NCBI GenBank assembly: GCA_964252035.1
Contig: CAXUOO010000189.1
Source of the DNA: Podarcis erhardii
Lineage: Eukaryota
Direction: 5' to 3' (one strand)
DNA length: 64,000 nucleotides
A program made the translations under genes and the position numbers. The notes under the pieces are model-generated. The model searched no databases. It worked only from the letters and a program-made list of their open reading frames with translations, and had not been told where the DNA came from. Each line of letters starts with the position of its first letter. Position 1 is the first letter of the stretch. Positions 11,706 to 26,534 of the stretch are shown piece by piece.

Positions 11706-14700
11706 ATCGACTCTGCTTCGACTGAACTCGCACTTTATTTCCTCTCACATACTTTTTTTTCACACGAAGCGCCAATTTGTGCACGATCAGCCTCTCACAG
11801 TGCAGCCGTGATAAAAACTTATACGTACATAGGTGGGTGTGTACTTGCAGGGACGATTCGCGGGACTCACCAAGTGTACAGACACACGAATTTCGGGTTC
11901 ACGTTTTACGAGTGTGTGCGTTTGAGTCAGTCACCACGCAGCATGGGGAAGCAAGTCCATGTGCTGCTCACATGGAGTCAGTAAAAGGGGTCGACTGAAA
12001 TTTTACCACGCCCAACTTTGCTCGAGGGCTGTGCTGGGCGCTTCTCTTTCTTCACTCTCAGAGCAGCAGTGAAAAAAGGCCTGCTGCCCAGGAGTGATTG
12101 TGCACCGAAAGAAAAGCCAGTGGGAGCCCGACTCAGGACAGAAAAAAACCTAAATTGTGCTCCTCTGCAGTTCAAGTTTCAATTTAGAGCGAAAAAAGAA
12201 ACACGAGGCTTCTTGACAAGTGCACATCTCCAAGAACACTCAACATAAGGGGGCGTCGAACTGCACAGGGACACTGCGAGCAGTCTAGTAGTCAGCGCAA
12301 AAAAGACATGAAGACGCTAAAGACATATACATATATATATACGTACATATGTATTACGCTATTCGTGCGTGTATATTATATACATTCATACAAGTATTTT
12401 ATATACTGCTCTCTACATGCTTACACGACGTCAGCGTCCTTTGCTTTCATCTAAATTTTTTGGAAGGACTGGCTGGCTCTTTATATCTTCAAAGTGAAGG
12501 CGCAACAAAGAAAAAGGATGAAGTTAAAAACAAAGAGAAAGGAGAGAGTGAGGAGATCAGCTATATGGGTAGATTCATTGATGGTGCTGCTGGGTATTAC
12601 TACACAGTGTCTTTGGACGCTCTACAAAGCTTTGAGAAAAGAAATAAGAGAAGAAATCTATGCAGTCTATACTAGTGGTCGCCAGATATCAAAGCTCACT
12701 TTCCCTCCACAGACATCAGTGGAAACCCGCATCCCAATTACTTAGCGCACCTTTTATGTAGGTTTCCACTATAACTTCAGGGGCGCCCCACGCTGCGTGG
12801 ATGTAACTTGGTATCAAACATTTTCTCTTAGATTATAGTTCACACATTTAGGTTATATCTGCCCATATATACATATAAGTATACATACATATAAGGTGAT
12901 AAATAACAGTTCCTTACATAAGTATACAATATATGTACATATACATATATTATCTACAAGTATATATGTGTGTGACGCTTTTTGACAGGGTATTCAGAGG
13001 TTGGTTTGTTGTAAGGAAGAAAAGAAATTTTTTGTATGCCAAAAATACTTTTTCGTTTCGGTGAGCCGCGCTTTGACGTCGACGATAAAAGGAAATCGTT
13101 CTCCTATCATTTAAATAAAGTAAACTTCTTAGCATCGACGCTAAATTCAGTGTAGTTGCCTCTTTCACAAAACAGAGATATGTTAGAAAGGTCAGTTAGC
13201 TGAGACGCTTGAAGACAGCCCTACCATAAAAAAAAATCCAGAACGATCGAAAAGCTACGCTACTGCTATTGCTATCGCATAAGTGGAGAGCGACGATTTC
13301 CAAGGTAGGAACAACAGCGGCAGCAAAAGGACGTGTGGAATTGCAGCCAGTAGAAAATACAGCCTTAATGCATGGGATACTTATCAGCTGCAGCAACACT
13401 TCCAGGAAATAGCTGCAGGAACACTTCCAGGAAAGAGCCGCAGCAAATACTTAACAGCATTACCAGCTACATGTAAGGGTACTTGAAGACCCAAACAACT
13501 GCTGCAAAACATTCTCTAAAGCAGCCGCATCAGCAAAGGCAACAGCAGCATATGCAGCATGATTTACTGAAAAGATATGATAGACCGTCCTGCAGCTAAG
13601 ATAGAACCTTATCAAATGCAACGCTACCGCGACACACCAGCGATACGCTTTGGAAAAAACGGAAGCGCCAGCAAAAAGTGATCGGAAGCAAGGAAACAAG
13701 AAGACCCGCAGACATCGCTCAAAAACAATAAAAAAAGAAACGAGAGGACTTGAGGAGACGTTAAAGTTGCAAATTACTGAAAATCACTGGAAGAGAAGGA
13801 GAGGAAAAACATCATAAATTTCCTTGTAGTGCAGGGCACACGAGACTGCTCTCGATATATTGGAAGAAAGGATACGTAAAAAGGGAAAGAAAAACTATCC
13901 GTGTGTGATATGAAAAGAATTTGTCGTTGAAATGTACGAAGGAGTAGAAAGGCAGGAATATCGTCTATCACGAAAATATACTGCAGAATGTGAGTGTGTT
14001 AAAACCCTCCTCTCACGCGCCTTCTGAGCATGCAGCAGTGGGAAAGTTCTAGATAGCAATGGCGTTAAACCTTACGAAAATATGTCCCAAGTCTGCAATT
14101 GTATGATAAAAAGGAGTTCAAGGAGTTTGTTCAAACGTAAACATAAAGAAAATGTACGATTTTTTAGAAAGAGATAGTGCCAGAAGAGCGACACGAAAAA
14201 GTTTACGTGCAGTGGTCGGCAGCTCTTGTAAAAAACACAAGATACGAAGACATCGACGTTTTTTACTATATCGCAAAGACTTTTTAGCTTTGTGCAGTAG
14301 TTGCTGCTATGCAACTGCCACTGCTGCTGCTGAGCTTGTGCATTTCGGACAAACAATTATAATTATTCCTCTGAAGATTAAGCAGAACAAGCGCTCTCTT
14401 GATCAAGTTTACCAAATGTGCCTGTGTAAGTGTTGTCTTTTCGTGGACGGTTCTACTGAAGCTGTCGCAGCTGCTGCCAAAATTTCAAGCGCTCGAAACA
14501 GACCTACAGAATGCATGTTTTTTTCCTAACTCAGTCTAAAGTGATCCCTCTTGGTTTAGAACACGCGAACTTGCATCTCCAAGAGTTTGAGTTTTGAGAA
14601 ATGAAGGTATGGAGAAGAACTTGTAGTGAAGGCTTGCAATACCATTCCAGTACCCGACTTGCTCAGAGAGGGGTAGAAAAAGAATGGGTATCCTGCTTCT

Positions 14701-15608
14701 CTACAGCGAGAAGTAGATTTTGTTTCCGAACTGTTTCGTTTGGTGTTTAGCCCATATACACCTTTTGCCGGATGGCATTTTAGCTATATGGTGGTAGCAA
14801 GTAGTTGCAGCCTTGTAAAAAGATTACTTCATTTGTTCACTGTGTCCTTTCAACGACCACTGAAATCAGCTGCACTGTCTGATTGTAGCTCGTATACAGC
14901 TGGATTTCGAACTTGCTGCAAACGGAAGGAACTAGACTGTGCCATCGTCAACGTACGATATGTCAACACTGTGCTTTGATATGCTCATCAGCATGTATGG
15001 GTCGTTGAATGGCATGATTACGAAAGCAGCTGCTGCACGCATATACGGAGATGACATCATTCGGCAGAAACCGCAATATAGATTTCTCAGAATGTAGTCT
15101 CATGAACGTAAGAAAAAATGCCTACAACCCGCCACATATGTACGCGCGAATATGTTAATTTCAATGCAACTCTCAGAACATATATTCTTCCACATACATT
15201 ATATGTATTATCAGTGTAGACCTATAGTCATGTGTAGGTAAAAAGAAAAGAAGAGGAGACTGCTGCTGCACATCTCTGTGACGACACATATGAATACGCA
15301 TATACACTACATATATATATATATATATATTTATTTATTTATATAAATATATACGCGGCCAATTTTGCTCCAACCTTACTGCTTTTAGCAGCGCTGGAAA
15401 CCTTTTTCCCGCGTGGAGACAAGGTGTATGATAGTGTTCGTGCACGAACATGTCAGTAAAAAACTGAAGAGATTATCAGGATGCACGTGAGGAAAAATTG
15501 CCTACGTAAAAAAATAGCAACACAATGAAAGGAAACGGCAGATAGTTAGAAGGATATGGACTCACGATAGCGTTCTCTGTTGTGCAGTTGTACCTTTGAG
15601 TTTTTAAG

Positions 15609-16332
15609 GAGCCGTTCAAAACTACATTGGCGTTCTTTCTGAGGTCGACTTATGAACAGCGAGGAGCTAGTGATGTTGTGGATGAAAGTGCGAGTATGTC
15701 ACGAACAGACGCATGCACGCAAAGAGAGAAGTTAGCAAGCTATAGCCTAAATTTTAGAATAAGGTACGCAGGCACCGACTCCACGAAAAAAGAGAGAAGA
15801 CTTGTGCTATGCAAGTGGACTGGTACTAAATTGTCTTTCTAAAGATGTAAAGGAAGGTGCACAGTGCCAGGCAGGTGAACCAGTGCAGACAGGACTCGCA
15901 TAGACGGAGGTTTGTGCCCGGATGCTCAGACGACCACCGCAACACCGTAGATGACTAGACAAGAACGGGTTTCACTATACGTTGCTTTTTATGTACTGTA
16001 TTTATTAATGTGTATGTATATATAGATATGTGTACGTAAGAGTTCATGGTAATTCTCATACACAGATGCGCAAGCACCGGGCACGTGTTAGCTGGTGACA
16101 AGCGAGAATACTTTGGGAAAACTTTTGAAACGGTTTCGAAAAAAAGCTGGCCAGTGTTGAGTATGACGGACGGCGTAACGTTACATATATACCCACACGT
16201 CAGCGATGGAAGAGGTGAAAGTGTAAATGTGTTCGAGAACTTCGTTTCTACATGGTCTATGATTGAAGTGTGACGCACTACACGTCAAAAACTCGAAGGG
16301 ATCCGTCTGTGATTTGAACGGATCTGATGTGT

Positions 16333-16377
<45 letters not shown>

Positions 16378-17250
16378 GTTCCTTCTTTTGGGCGGTACAC
16401 TCCTTTCATAAAATTGTGCTATAGAGTAAAAGCGCGTTGAACACACTCGTAAGGTGGATGCAGACGAATGTGCTGAAGTAGTAGTATATGCGTGTGTACG
16501 TGTATATATGCATCACATGAATAAGGATTTATTGTTAAAAAAAAATAGATTGGTCATATTTCGTCTATCATCATGAACGATGCGTTGTTACATATCATGT
16601 GAATAAGTTAACTCTATGAATTCTGATGTAAATTTTTTCTCAACACATCTCTGTGACTCGAGCTTTACTACTAGTTGTCCTAGCAGTTTGCAATTTTCGC
16701 TGAAGTACATACACGCGTATACGAATGGGTTATCTGTTTTTATGCATGTACTATTCTACACTACAGTATTTCAAAGTCAACCCAGCTGAGGGACCCACGA
16801 TAACCACGGCTTCGTAAACTGTTTCGTTTACGACATTTTTGCGATGTAGTGGTCCAGATGCATTCGTCCCCGGATGATTCAAATCAAGTGAAGTTGAAAG
16901 AATAGTTTACACACTATAATTAGATATCTGAATGTAGCAGCACGGTTTGTAGCTCTATGCATTTGCGCTCCATGTTGGAGGGGAACTAGATAAGTCGAAA
17001 CTGTCTGGTTACACTGAAGTTTTCACGATCGAAAATTCTTCCTCGATATCTAGGCCCGCCTCCGCGCCCGAATGAACAACAACGTCATATGATACAATAG
17101 CTTGAAGGTGTACTGTTGAGCAATATTCTGATCCAGTCTATTCTGCAGGTGCCCATTTGAATTTGATTTTGGGACCTCTCAGTGGAAAATTACCCTACGG
17201 CGTCGAAGTGCGGTTTATAGAGCAGCGGAGTCGGCGCATCTGGATTTGAG
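15609..17250 (+). CDS. Candidate internal exons of an unidentified spliced gene (hypothetical protein)
   Basis: Phase-consistent AG/GT chain 15609-15763, 16066-16267, 16767-16813, 17149-17250 gives EPFKTTLAFFLRSTYEQ...YSLNFRIR|CASTGHVLAGDKREYFGKTF...FENFVSTWSMIE|YFKVNPAEGPTITTAS|CPFEFDFGTSQWKITLRRRSAVYRAAESAHLDLR. Family not recognised; start and stop not located. Confidence 0.35.
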
Positions 17251-20200
17251 GTAAAAAGGTGGTGCAAGGGGTTTTGGAAGTAAACGCTACACAGTAGAGA
17301 AAAATCTATCATGAAAAGCAACTTATTCATCATCATGGCGCATATCGGTACGGGAGAGCGTTATACGCAGTGCAAAAGTTGTTCAGAAACTGCGCCTTAT
17401 AAAGTAAATGTGGTTGATCTTCTGGCTGAACACATTCTCTACTGACTGGAAGTTGTTCCTTGTTTCTGCATATTGATCAAGTAAGCTGATGAATTCGTTT
17501 GCGCATATCGTTGGCCCACGGTTGGTAGAAACACCGTCACGAGGAAACAGCGTAGGGAGGAAATTTGAGCGGGTCACTGTGTGTCCTCGATGACAGTCAT
17601 TGAACTCGTGTTACTTGTGAAACTCTCCAATTGATATTCAAGCAGGCCAGAATATGGTTGATGCACGACGTGTAAAATCAGGAACTGTCTCGTCTAAAGG
17701 GTCGCAGGTGCTTACGCGAATTAGATAATGCCTTTGCATTTGCGATAGCTCAGTCGACTTGTGGCAGTTCACACTCTCTGCCTGTTGTTTGGTAATATAT
17801 GTACGTACGTCATTTATGAAAATGTACGGAGCGTGGAATACGCTGTGAACCTACTGGCTGGTTGTCATGTTTCTGCGTTCCTGTTACTCTTCCATGTATA
17901 TATTTCTCGTTTAATAAAATAATATTCCACAAAAACGAGGAGTATAGCATTTGTGAACGTTATTTTGAGATTGAAGTTCTGAGCTGCAAAGCAATTCCGT
18001 ACCTGTTAGTCGTGAAGATTTGAGAATATGGGCACACGTATATGAAAAAAGCGTATCTACGATCTGCTTATAGATATATACTAGTATGTATATATATATG
18101 AAAATATAGGAAGAGTTTCTAAAAAGCAGAACGCAATGAATTCATCCTGTTTGCGCAGATAAGTAGAAATTGTAGTTTTACGAGTAACTTCGCATCCCTG
18201 AAACAGCCTTGGAGGAAAAGCATATGCCGCCTTCGTATACAGTATGCTAGCCAGTATACATGTTCCTCCACTGGGAATCCGTTGAAGAGCATAATTGAAT
18301 ATACATCGCATTACTAGATTACATCTGAGAATTTTAGTACTTGGATATATTTACCGATTCTAAAATATTGGTGCAGAAACACACAATCCCAGCGCTTCTC
18401 TTTTGGCCAAATGTTCTTGCAAGCATATACCACCGTTCCTTCACGTATACAAAACATATTGTAAAAAGCATGTACCAAACTCGATATCCGACCCTTTGAA
18501 TTCGTGCATTTCTCAAGATTGTCGTGGGGCTTGCGCTCGCTATTGCAGCGCAAGTTTCAAGTACGTCGAATAAAGCAACAGCTGCAGTACTATGAAACAA
18601 AAAGCAACAAGCAGCAGAAGCGGCCGTCCTTGAGCATTTCGCAGCGACCGAAACCGTTATCGACCATGTTGCTATTGAATTCTTCCCAATCAACAGCTAC
18701 TCCAGTACTAAAAAATTTGCTGGCTACAGCAGATGCTGCTACAATTGAAAAAGAAAAGCATTTGTGGTACACTGAGCTTCCTACAAAACTGTGGCGGTCT
18801 ACACAAAAGAAGCTACAGTTTGTGAACTGAATCATATTGTGAAGTAGCGCATGAAAGGCAAGAAGGAGTGGCAGTTTTCGCTCTACTTCTACAGAGCTGC
18901 AAACCTCATCGCGTGACACGAAAATGTACATGCTCAATCGTCGTTACACCGCACGGACTCAAGCGAATAGGATTTGCGAATACAACAGTATGCAACCACG
19001 AAAGCTCTAAAAGACACATTTTGAGCACAATAAAATCCTGATTTCCTGTAGACGTTTGTACGCTTCAAAATTCACCGGTGCATGCAATGCGTTTTATAGC
19101 AACCGCTGCAGGGACTTAACTACCATTATGTACTACTGTTGCGCGGTCCTTGCCGTTCGTATTGGTCAGCTGTTTATGAAGCTATTCGGTTATCTAGTCG
19201 CTGCTTGGCGCTGTAGCTTGCTGCGACAGTAGCAGCTGCCGCCCTGCCCCGATAAGCTTTCGGCACTACTCCTTTCTTCCACTGCTGCTCCTGCAGGTTT
19301 GCAGGAGCAGTAGACAAGAACGAACTTGCTGCTGTTGCAGCTGTTGGTGTTACTTGCTGCTGCCTGTTCTCGAGAGCAGGAGCTGCAAAATTCATGAACG
19401 AAAGGTGAAACTTGTGCTTCAAATGCAGCAGCTGCAGCAACAGCGAACAATTCTGTAATTTATAGAGGCGCAGTACTTTTGCCACCGTTGTTGACGAAGC
19501 GGGCTCCAGTTTCCACTCATGGTGCTGCTGGAGTAAAGATTTTGCACTTTATTGTATATCGGTGCTTGTTTTTAATTATATCTGCGTCTGCTTTATCTGC
19601 GTTTGATTGTGTAGTCCAGTCCTAGATGCAGCAGCTGTGCTTTCACCGTCCACTCGAGATGCTCGCACTACATACTGCTACAGTCGTCGTATCAATGCTC
19701 ATTCGTCAAATTTGCAGCTTTTTTGCGGCGTTTGCTGCTGCTGAATTCGAATTCGCAGCTGATGTTCCTGGTGCAGTGTTGCATTTTTCCGGAAACGAAT
19801 ACTGAGTGAAAAAGCGTGTTGCGTTCGTTGCCATTTTTGCTGCTGTTGCGACTGTTGAATTTTATGCATGATTAGCACTCTTCTATGCGCTATGTAGTTC
19901 TTTGCTTCCTTGCTCTTACTTCTTCCTCTTGCAACATACAGCATTTGTTCCAGGAACGGCGTTCAAGCAGCACCAGCGTCAGCAGCTCTAGCAGCAGCAA
20001 CAGCAGCAGCGGACGTGCTGACATGAGTGGAAAATTTTTTTTTTTCGGAAAAAGAGACTTTTTTTGTACTGTCGTACATGCAAAAAATTTAGTAGATTTG
20101 CTCCGCATAACGAATTTTAATTTCTTATCAGTACGGCTGTTGCCGTGGCGGGCTTTCAGCCCATTCTGTTGATGCCGTTCGAAGATTTTCGCAGCAGTTC

Positions 20201-23200
20201 CCGCAACTTTTTTTATCGTGTTGTTGCGATTCGCGCTGGTGGTTTTTTTCCTTGCCACTGCTGGTGCCTGAGCTCTGGCTGTTGGTTCTTTTCAAGCGTC
20301 TACCCACGCCTGGTAAGTAAACGAGTAATTACTGCTGTTACATACGTTAGCCGTAGGAGCAGCGTATACGATTTTTTACGGAGACATTTCTCCTGCGACA
20401 GTGGCACCAGCCTAAATTTTAAGAACGTATGTACAGCAGCAGCAGGTGGTGGTGGTGGTGAGCTTGCACGAGAGCTTGAAATTTGCTGACTGCAGCTGCA
20501 GCAGAAAGAGCAGCATCTACGCTCATCCTCTGCATTGGTAAATGAAGTGTGCTACTGATCAAGCAGCATCACTCACACGAAGAGAAGCAAACAACGTAAC
20601 ACCTTGTAAACTAGACAAGTATATGTTGTTGCATGTCTCCCTAAATACATACGTTTAGATATGCTGAGTTTCTCAAAAAAAAACTCCACGGCATCTCTCT
20701 TCAAGTCGTTTTCCACATGCGCTTATGAAGAAGAGAACCTAGCCAGTAAGAATCGCTGCTGCCAGATTTTGACGCTGTTGCTACCACGAAGGTGTTCGCT
20801 GTCGATTATACAATTGTTGCTGTTATGACTGTAACTGATGGGGGGTGTTTACCGCTGGTCTCGGTATCAGAGGTGCTTTTGTTGCTGCAGTTCAGGAGGC
20901 TCTGCTGGATATAAATATACATGTTCTCTAAGTACTTTCGTATACGTGCATAAATGTTTACGTAGATACTTGTACTGTTTGTGGCTGCTTCGCGCTCACC
21001 ATCGTGTCTTCTGCTTCGGCTGCAGCTGCTGCTGTATTCCTGCAAGTGCTGTTGCAATTGCTCTAGTTGCTCTTGCTGATCCTGCTGCAGCCATTACTGG
21101 AGTGGTACGTGATGCTGCTTGTTTTCTGCTACAGAAATAGACGTATTCCTGTTATTGAATATTGCATGTACTGCATGCAATTAAACCTTTTCAAATTTGG
21201 TAGTATGGGTGTATTCGCGCTGTTGCCTTTTCAGGAAAGCTGGAACGAGTCAATGAAGGAGCGGCTGCTTTGATTGGAAAGAAGCAAGTTTTTCCAGCAG
21301 TCATTTTCCCGGTGTCGCTACAGCAGCCGTTCAAATACTCGTTCAGCCGCAGTTCAGCTGGCGCAGCTGCTGCCTTTCTTGCCGTAGCGCTCAGTTGCCG
21401 ACTTTGCTGCTTTTTTGTTAGTGGTGCTTTCAGTGCATGCAACTCGTTGCGCTGTTCATATTTTCCATTTTACACGATTCGTTTGTCACGTAAATATATG
21501 TCAGACTCTCTCTTTTTAGTCCGGGCTTCATTACAAGTTGTTCGAGCCAGCATCACATAATTTGAGGACTCGAAAGATGGTTTCTCAGATTTTCCATTTA
21601 ATGGGCATTCACAACGAAACCCAGAGATTCTCTTTCTGCGTTGGTGAACAAAGTACTCAAACTTTACCTTCTTCTTCTAAGTAGTAGATATCATCAATAC
21701 ACGTATGAAACGAAACATAAAAGCAGCTGCTGCAGAATGCGGCTTTAGCGGCTTCAGAAAGGAAGAGACAGAAGCAGCTGCAGTCGCAGCAGCAACAGGA
21801 AAGATGTGAGATGTTGTAAGATTGCCTGTAACGTAATTGAATATATTGATATTTTTTGAGTGTATCTGTTGTATTTGGAGCACAGCCTCAGCGGCAGTTA
21901 CAAACGCAGAAACAGCTGCAACTATAGTAGTAGGAACTGTAGGAGGAGTAGTACACAGTTTTTTGTTGGGAGATCTAGCACAACTGCAACGCCAGTTGCG
22001 AACGAAAAAACAACAGGTTCTGCAATTTTTTGAGTTTAGGTGCAATTTGGCTGTCGGTGGAGGAGCCGAAGCAGCATGAAAGCAGCGGGCTTCATAACAG
22101 CAGCGGAGCATGCAGCGCGCTTGTGTAGCAGCAGCGTTTCCATTCAAGTTACAAAGCGGTAGTTTACAATTTGGGTGCCACTGAAAACAATTTTTTCATT
22201 CAAATGTTTAGACACTGACATTTTCGGGTTTTCCTTATCTAAGTGTCTGTCAGTATTTGTTTATCGTGTTCTCAACAAAGTCCAAATTTGTGAATCAGAC
22301 GAGTGAACCACGTATACAACAAGGAAGGAGGAGAGTCTTGCAAATGCGTCGAAACCTTGATTTGAATGATGCGTATTGCAGCAGCTTGTCGCTTCCTCAC
22401 TCTCCTCGTCTCCCCTTCGCTCTAAGTGGTTTGCTACCGCGTGAAAAAAAGAAGGCCCCCCTACCCACTACCCTATACATAATATATGTGTAATCAGGCG
22501 CCATTTTGTGCTCAGTGTGTCGTAAATGGTGGTGTCTCTTCATTTATCTGTGGATTTTTTGCTCTCCATATATGATTTCTAACTTTGTGCATTTTCTCTG
22601 TGTGTGTCTATCTGAAGTCGTAACAAACGTATATAGCCTCCTCTATTAGATCCTTTCTCTTTCTCGCAAAAAGTACATTTTCTGCAAGTAGTCCCTAGAG
22701 ACTCTGTGGCTGCTTCGTTTCTTGCATGTGAGTGTGTCAACTGTACCTACAAGAGCATCTGTCTATCAACGAAGATAAGAGCGACTCTGTGTGTCGTCGG
22801 CCAGCCTTATTCTGCCCTTTTCTAAATTGCTGCTTGTCTATTTCGATAACTGAAGCTGTTGGTTTTTGTGAGCCACAGTCACACCACTACCACTGGTTTT
22901 TTGATTTCTTCACCAGCGCAGCAGCCCCCCCACTTCTTCAAGCTCAATAAAGCAGCACTCACTCACTCAAACATGCAAATTCAGTAAGTAGCAGAGTTCA
23001 GACACACACACATAGTGGTGATCAGAGCAGTGAAAAGTCGAGGCATTAGACCAGCTCCCGAATCGCAAAGTAGAGCCGCCTTTTTTCATTTTTTCAGCGT
23101 AATTCTTTTTCAACTTGTGGTTGAGACAAGGAAAAATCACCGACACAGGGGAGCAGCTCGTCGAGCAGTGCAGAAGCAGAGAGAGTGAAAGGAGCGGGGT

Positions 23201-23246
23201 GAAAGCAGAGAAAACTGAACTGAGCCAAACTAGCAGCTTGATAATC

Positions 23247-25228
23247 ATGTCGTTCAGCAGCGAAGTTTCGCGGATGCTGCTGAGTGGAAAGACAGCCTCG
23301 CCAGGCCTCCAGCACAACCACGCGCACCACCACGCAGCGCTGAGCAGCAACAGCGCGAAAAGTTTGCTGCTGCATGCAAACCAGCTGCAAACTCGAGTTG
23401 GAGCGCTTTCTCCAGTTTACTCCTCAGGAAGTGGTGGAGGAGGTGGGGCGCGTTCAGATCCTGGGGGAAGAAGTGCCTCAGCTGTGAGTAGTGGTGGTGG
23501 GGGCTCCAGCAGCAGTGCAGTGTTGAGGGGGGGTTTGGTGGCTGTGGGTGGCAGTGTGCAGAAGAAGCGAGCTGCAGCAGCTGCAGCAGCTGCAGCTTCT
23601 TCTCTCGCTTCAGGAGTGGTGGCTAGCAGCAGCACTCTCAGCAACTACAGTGGCAGTAGTAGTGGCAGCAGTAGTCGCTCTTTCCTGCTTTCTGCAGCTC
23701 CTTCTTCTTCTTCTTCTTCTTCGGTAAGTGGCGGTTTCTTTGCTGCAGATGGGCAGCAGTTGCTCGTGCGCTTTCGCGGACAGCAAACTTCAGTCGGCTT
23801 TTTGCTGAACAAGTTAGTTGAGTTGCTCAAGCAACATGCGGGGCGCAGTCTGCATGTCAAGGAAGTCGAGAAACACCTCATTCAGGCTGGCTTCAGTTCT
23901 CTGCATCTCTTCTTCGCTGCTCGTACGTTTCCGTCGAAAAGTCTCTCATTCGATTCACTTTTTGGGAATTCGTCTCTTTTTCAACTGAAGCAGAGGAAGT
24001 TTTGACTTGCAGTGTGGTTGCTGCTGCATTGGTTGATCTTTCTTTGTTGCAGATCATGCACACACACAGACGCTTCCCGAGACGTTTCTTAATATATATA
24101 CTTTATATGTGTGTCTGCACGCATGCAGGGTGATGTCGATATTTTACTCTTCAACAAGTGTGCGTGCAATTTGGCGTTATTAGTTCTTCCACTCCACCCA
24201 CTGCTGCTGCACATAAATGTAGAGAGCCTATATCCATATATGCCTCTAGCACTCTCATATTCGCATACTGATTATACGGATGTACGTATAATATACATAT
24301 ATGGATGAATATATTGTTTGTCTCGACACGAAATCCAGCAGTGCAGGAACTCCTCAGTTCACGTATACGATATATAAAGAGATTTTTCTATGTGTTTAGA
24401 TTCCTATGGCTAGTAGGTTCTGAATTTCGCGCATGGCTGTGACAGGTTGGTATGCGACCTACAAGTTGTNNNNNNNNNNNNNNNNNNNNNNNNNNNNNNN
24501 NNNNNNNNNNNNNNNNNNNNNNNNNNNNNNNNNNNNNNNNNNNNNNNNNNNNNNNNNNNNNNNNNNNNNNNNNNNNNNNNNNNNNNNNNNNNNNNNNNNN
24601 NNNNNNNNGTAGTAGTAGTAGTTTTAGCTTGAAGATTTTGCAGCGGCAGCTGTATAGGGATGACTGTGCTTCGAGTGGATTTCTGCAGGAGAAAGATTTG
24701 ACAAGAAACACTCAGCATCGCTTCACATGCATTTTTAATAGTCGTTTAAACGGTCGATGTATGCATGCGTCAACGTGAAACCGCAGAAATATACTGACGC
24801 ATATGTTTATGGATACAGGCAGAATTTACGACAAAAATACTTCATTTGTTTCTGCTTGCAGCGACTTCAATAAAACACACACGAGTATGTCGCATGTATA
24901 TCATCCTAAATAGTACGACACACGGTCATGAAAACATAGATGTCGCCTCATATTCAAATATTCAAATACACATGCAGCAACCAAAATATACTCGCAGCAC
25001 TTCTGAATAGTGTAGAAAGGTGTTCCTTCTATTTTCACCAACAGTATCTGTATGTACACTGACGCATCAACAACCGTATGTACATAAATATATATATAAA
25101 TATATATATATGTAGCTTATGCATGCGGAACAGTATCATAGGAATGGGTCTGTTTGAGTTTCAAGCTACGCAGCACGTCTCGTATATATGAACTTGTAAA
25201 CAGGTAAGTTGCAACAAGCGTGTGCTGG

Positions 25229-25283
<55 letters not shown>

Positions 25284-25582
25284 CTCTCTACAGATAGTCT
25301 CTCAGAATAATAAATAAGCTGAATGCTGGAATTCAAGGGATATGCAGCAATAGTTTTTAGGGCTGATCGCTGCAACGCATTCATATATGTCCACATTGAC
25401 ATAATTACATGCAGCAGTGCATCTTTGAAAGTAGCTTTTTATGCGTGCATGCAAGGACAGCAATATGGAAAAGGAATTTCGGCACTTGAAAACCTTACTC
25501 TTTGCTTGACCTTCCTGTCTATATCCACCTTTGTAAAGCACCTAAGCAGTCATAAAAAAGCAGTGCGGTCTTGTATACATTG

Positions 25583-25635
<53 letters not shown>

Positions 25636-26486
25636 GCATTTATGTATGTCTGCGTTAAAAGGGAGTGAATTTGCGAATCTGAGGGTTCTTTAAACATGAG
25701 AAGAGATTGGAACATATGAAAACCCGCCAAATTTGTCTAAAATAGGTTGTTTAGATGTGTGGATATTTTGCATGCAAATATGTGCGAGTGTGTGTATCGC
25801 GCGGGTCCGAGTTCACAGCTTCTACTACTAAAGACGGAAAAGCGTGAATTTTAGGTTTCTGAACACTTACAGAAGAGTATTCTGGCTTGGGAGTCTGAGA
25901 TTTCAAATTTCGATAGCTTTGAAGCAGAATTAAATGTCCACTTTACTATACGCACTAAAATATATTGATGTAGAGCACACCACTACGATATTGCTAGTAC
26001 GTCTTTTAATGTAAAACTCGGACAAAGAATCGTTTTTCTTTGTTTTTTTGTATCTGGGTGGTTGCGTTTCTGCAGAATCTGAGTTCTTGAAGTTTCTGAG
26101 TAGTAGCGAGAGAGTTGCCTATAATCCTATGAACAGAACGCTTGCTTACCACAATCCATTTCAAGCAATTACTTCTTCAAGCGCTTTACTTGCCAAAATT
26201 CAATATGACGGAGCTCTCACAGGTCGGTCCTCAACAGCCCCACCCTAGCAGCAGAAGCTCAATCTACAACAAATACATACATATATATATATATATATAT
26301 ATTCATATATATGCAGGCCTCCTAGCTTACTACAGAGTTCCAGCCTTTTCACCCACTTTTGCAATGACTAACAAGTAATTCTCTGAACATTTTCACCTAG
26401 CTTCCACTCTACATATATTCACTACGTGTCATTTCAATACACATATGCTCTATCTAGCTATCTATCTATACCTATATCCACATATA

Positions 26487-26534
<48 letters not shown>

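Noticed and set aside
10925-11811. Overlapping ORFs in other frames and on the opposite strand of UCHL5 exon 1 (e.g. 10925-11560, 11341-11784, 11437-11811)
   Set aside because: Shadow ORFs of GC-rich, CAG-rich coding sequence; only the 11118-11705 frame carries UCH motifs.
18300-22200. CAG/GCA-rich ORFs of 80-156 aa on both strands
   Set aside because: Low-complexity sequence open in several frames, with no motif and no consistent exon chain; treated as repeat-rich intergenic DNA.
23115-23246. Upstream in-frame TTG start for TFIIE-beta given by the ORF track
   Set aside because: The track uses prokaryotic alternative starts; the first ATG is at 23247.
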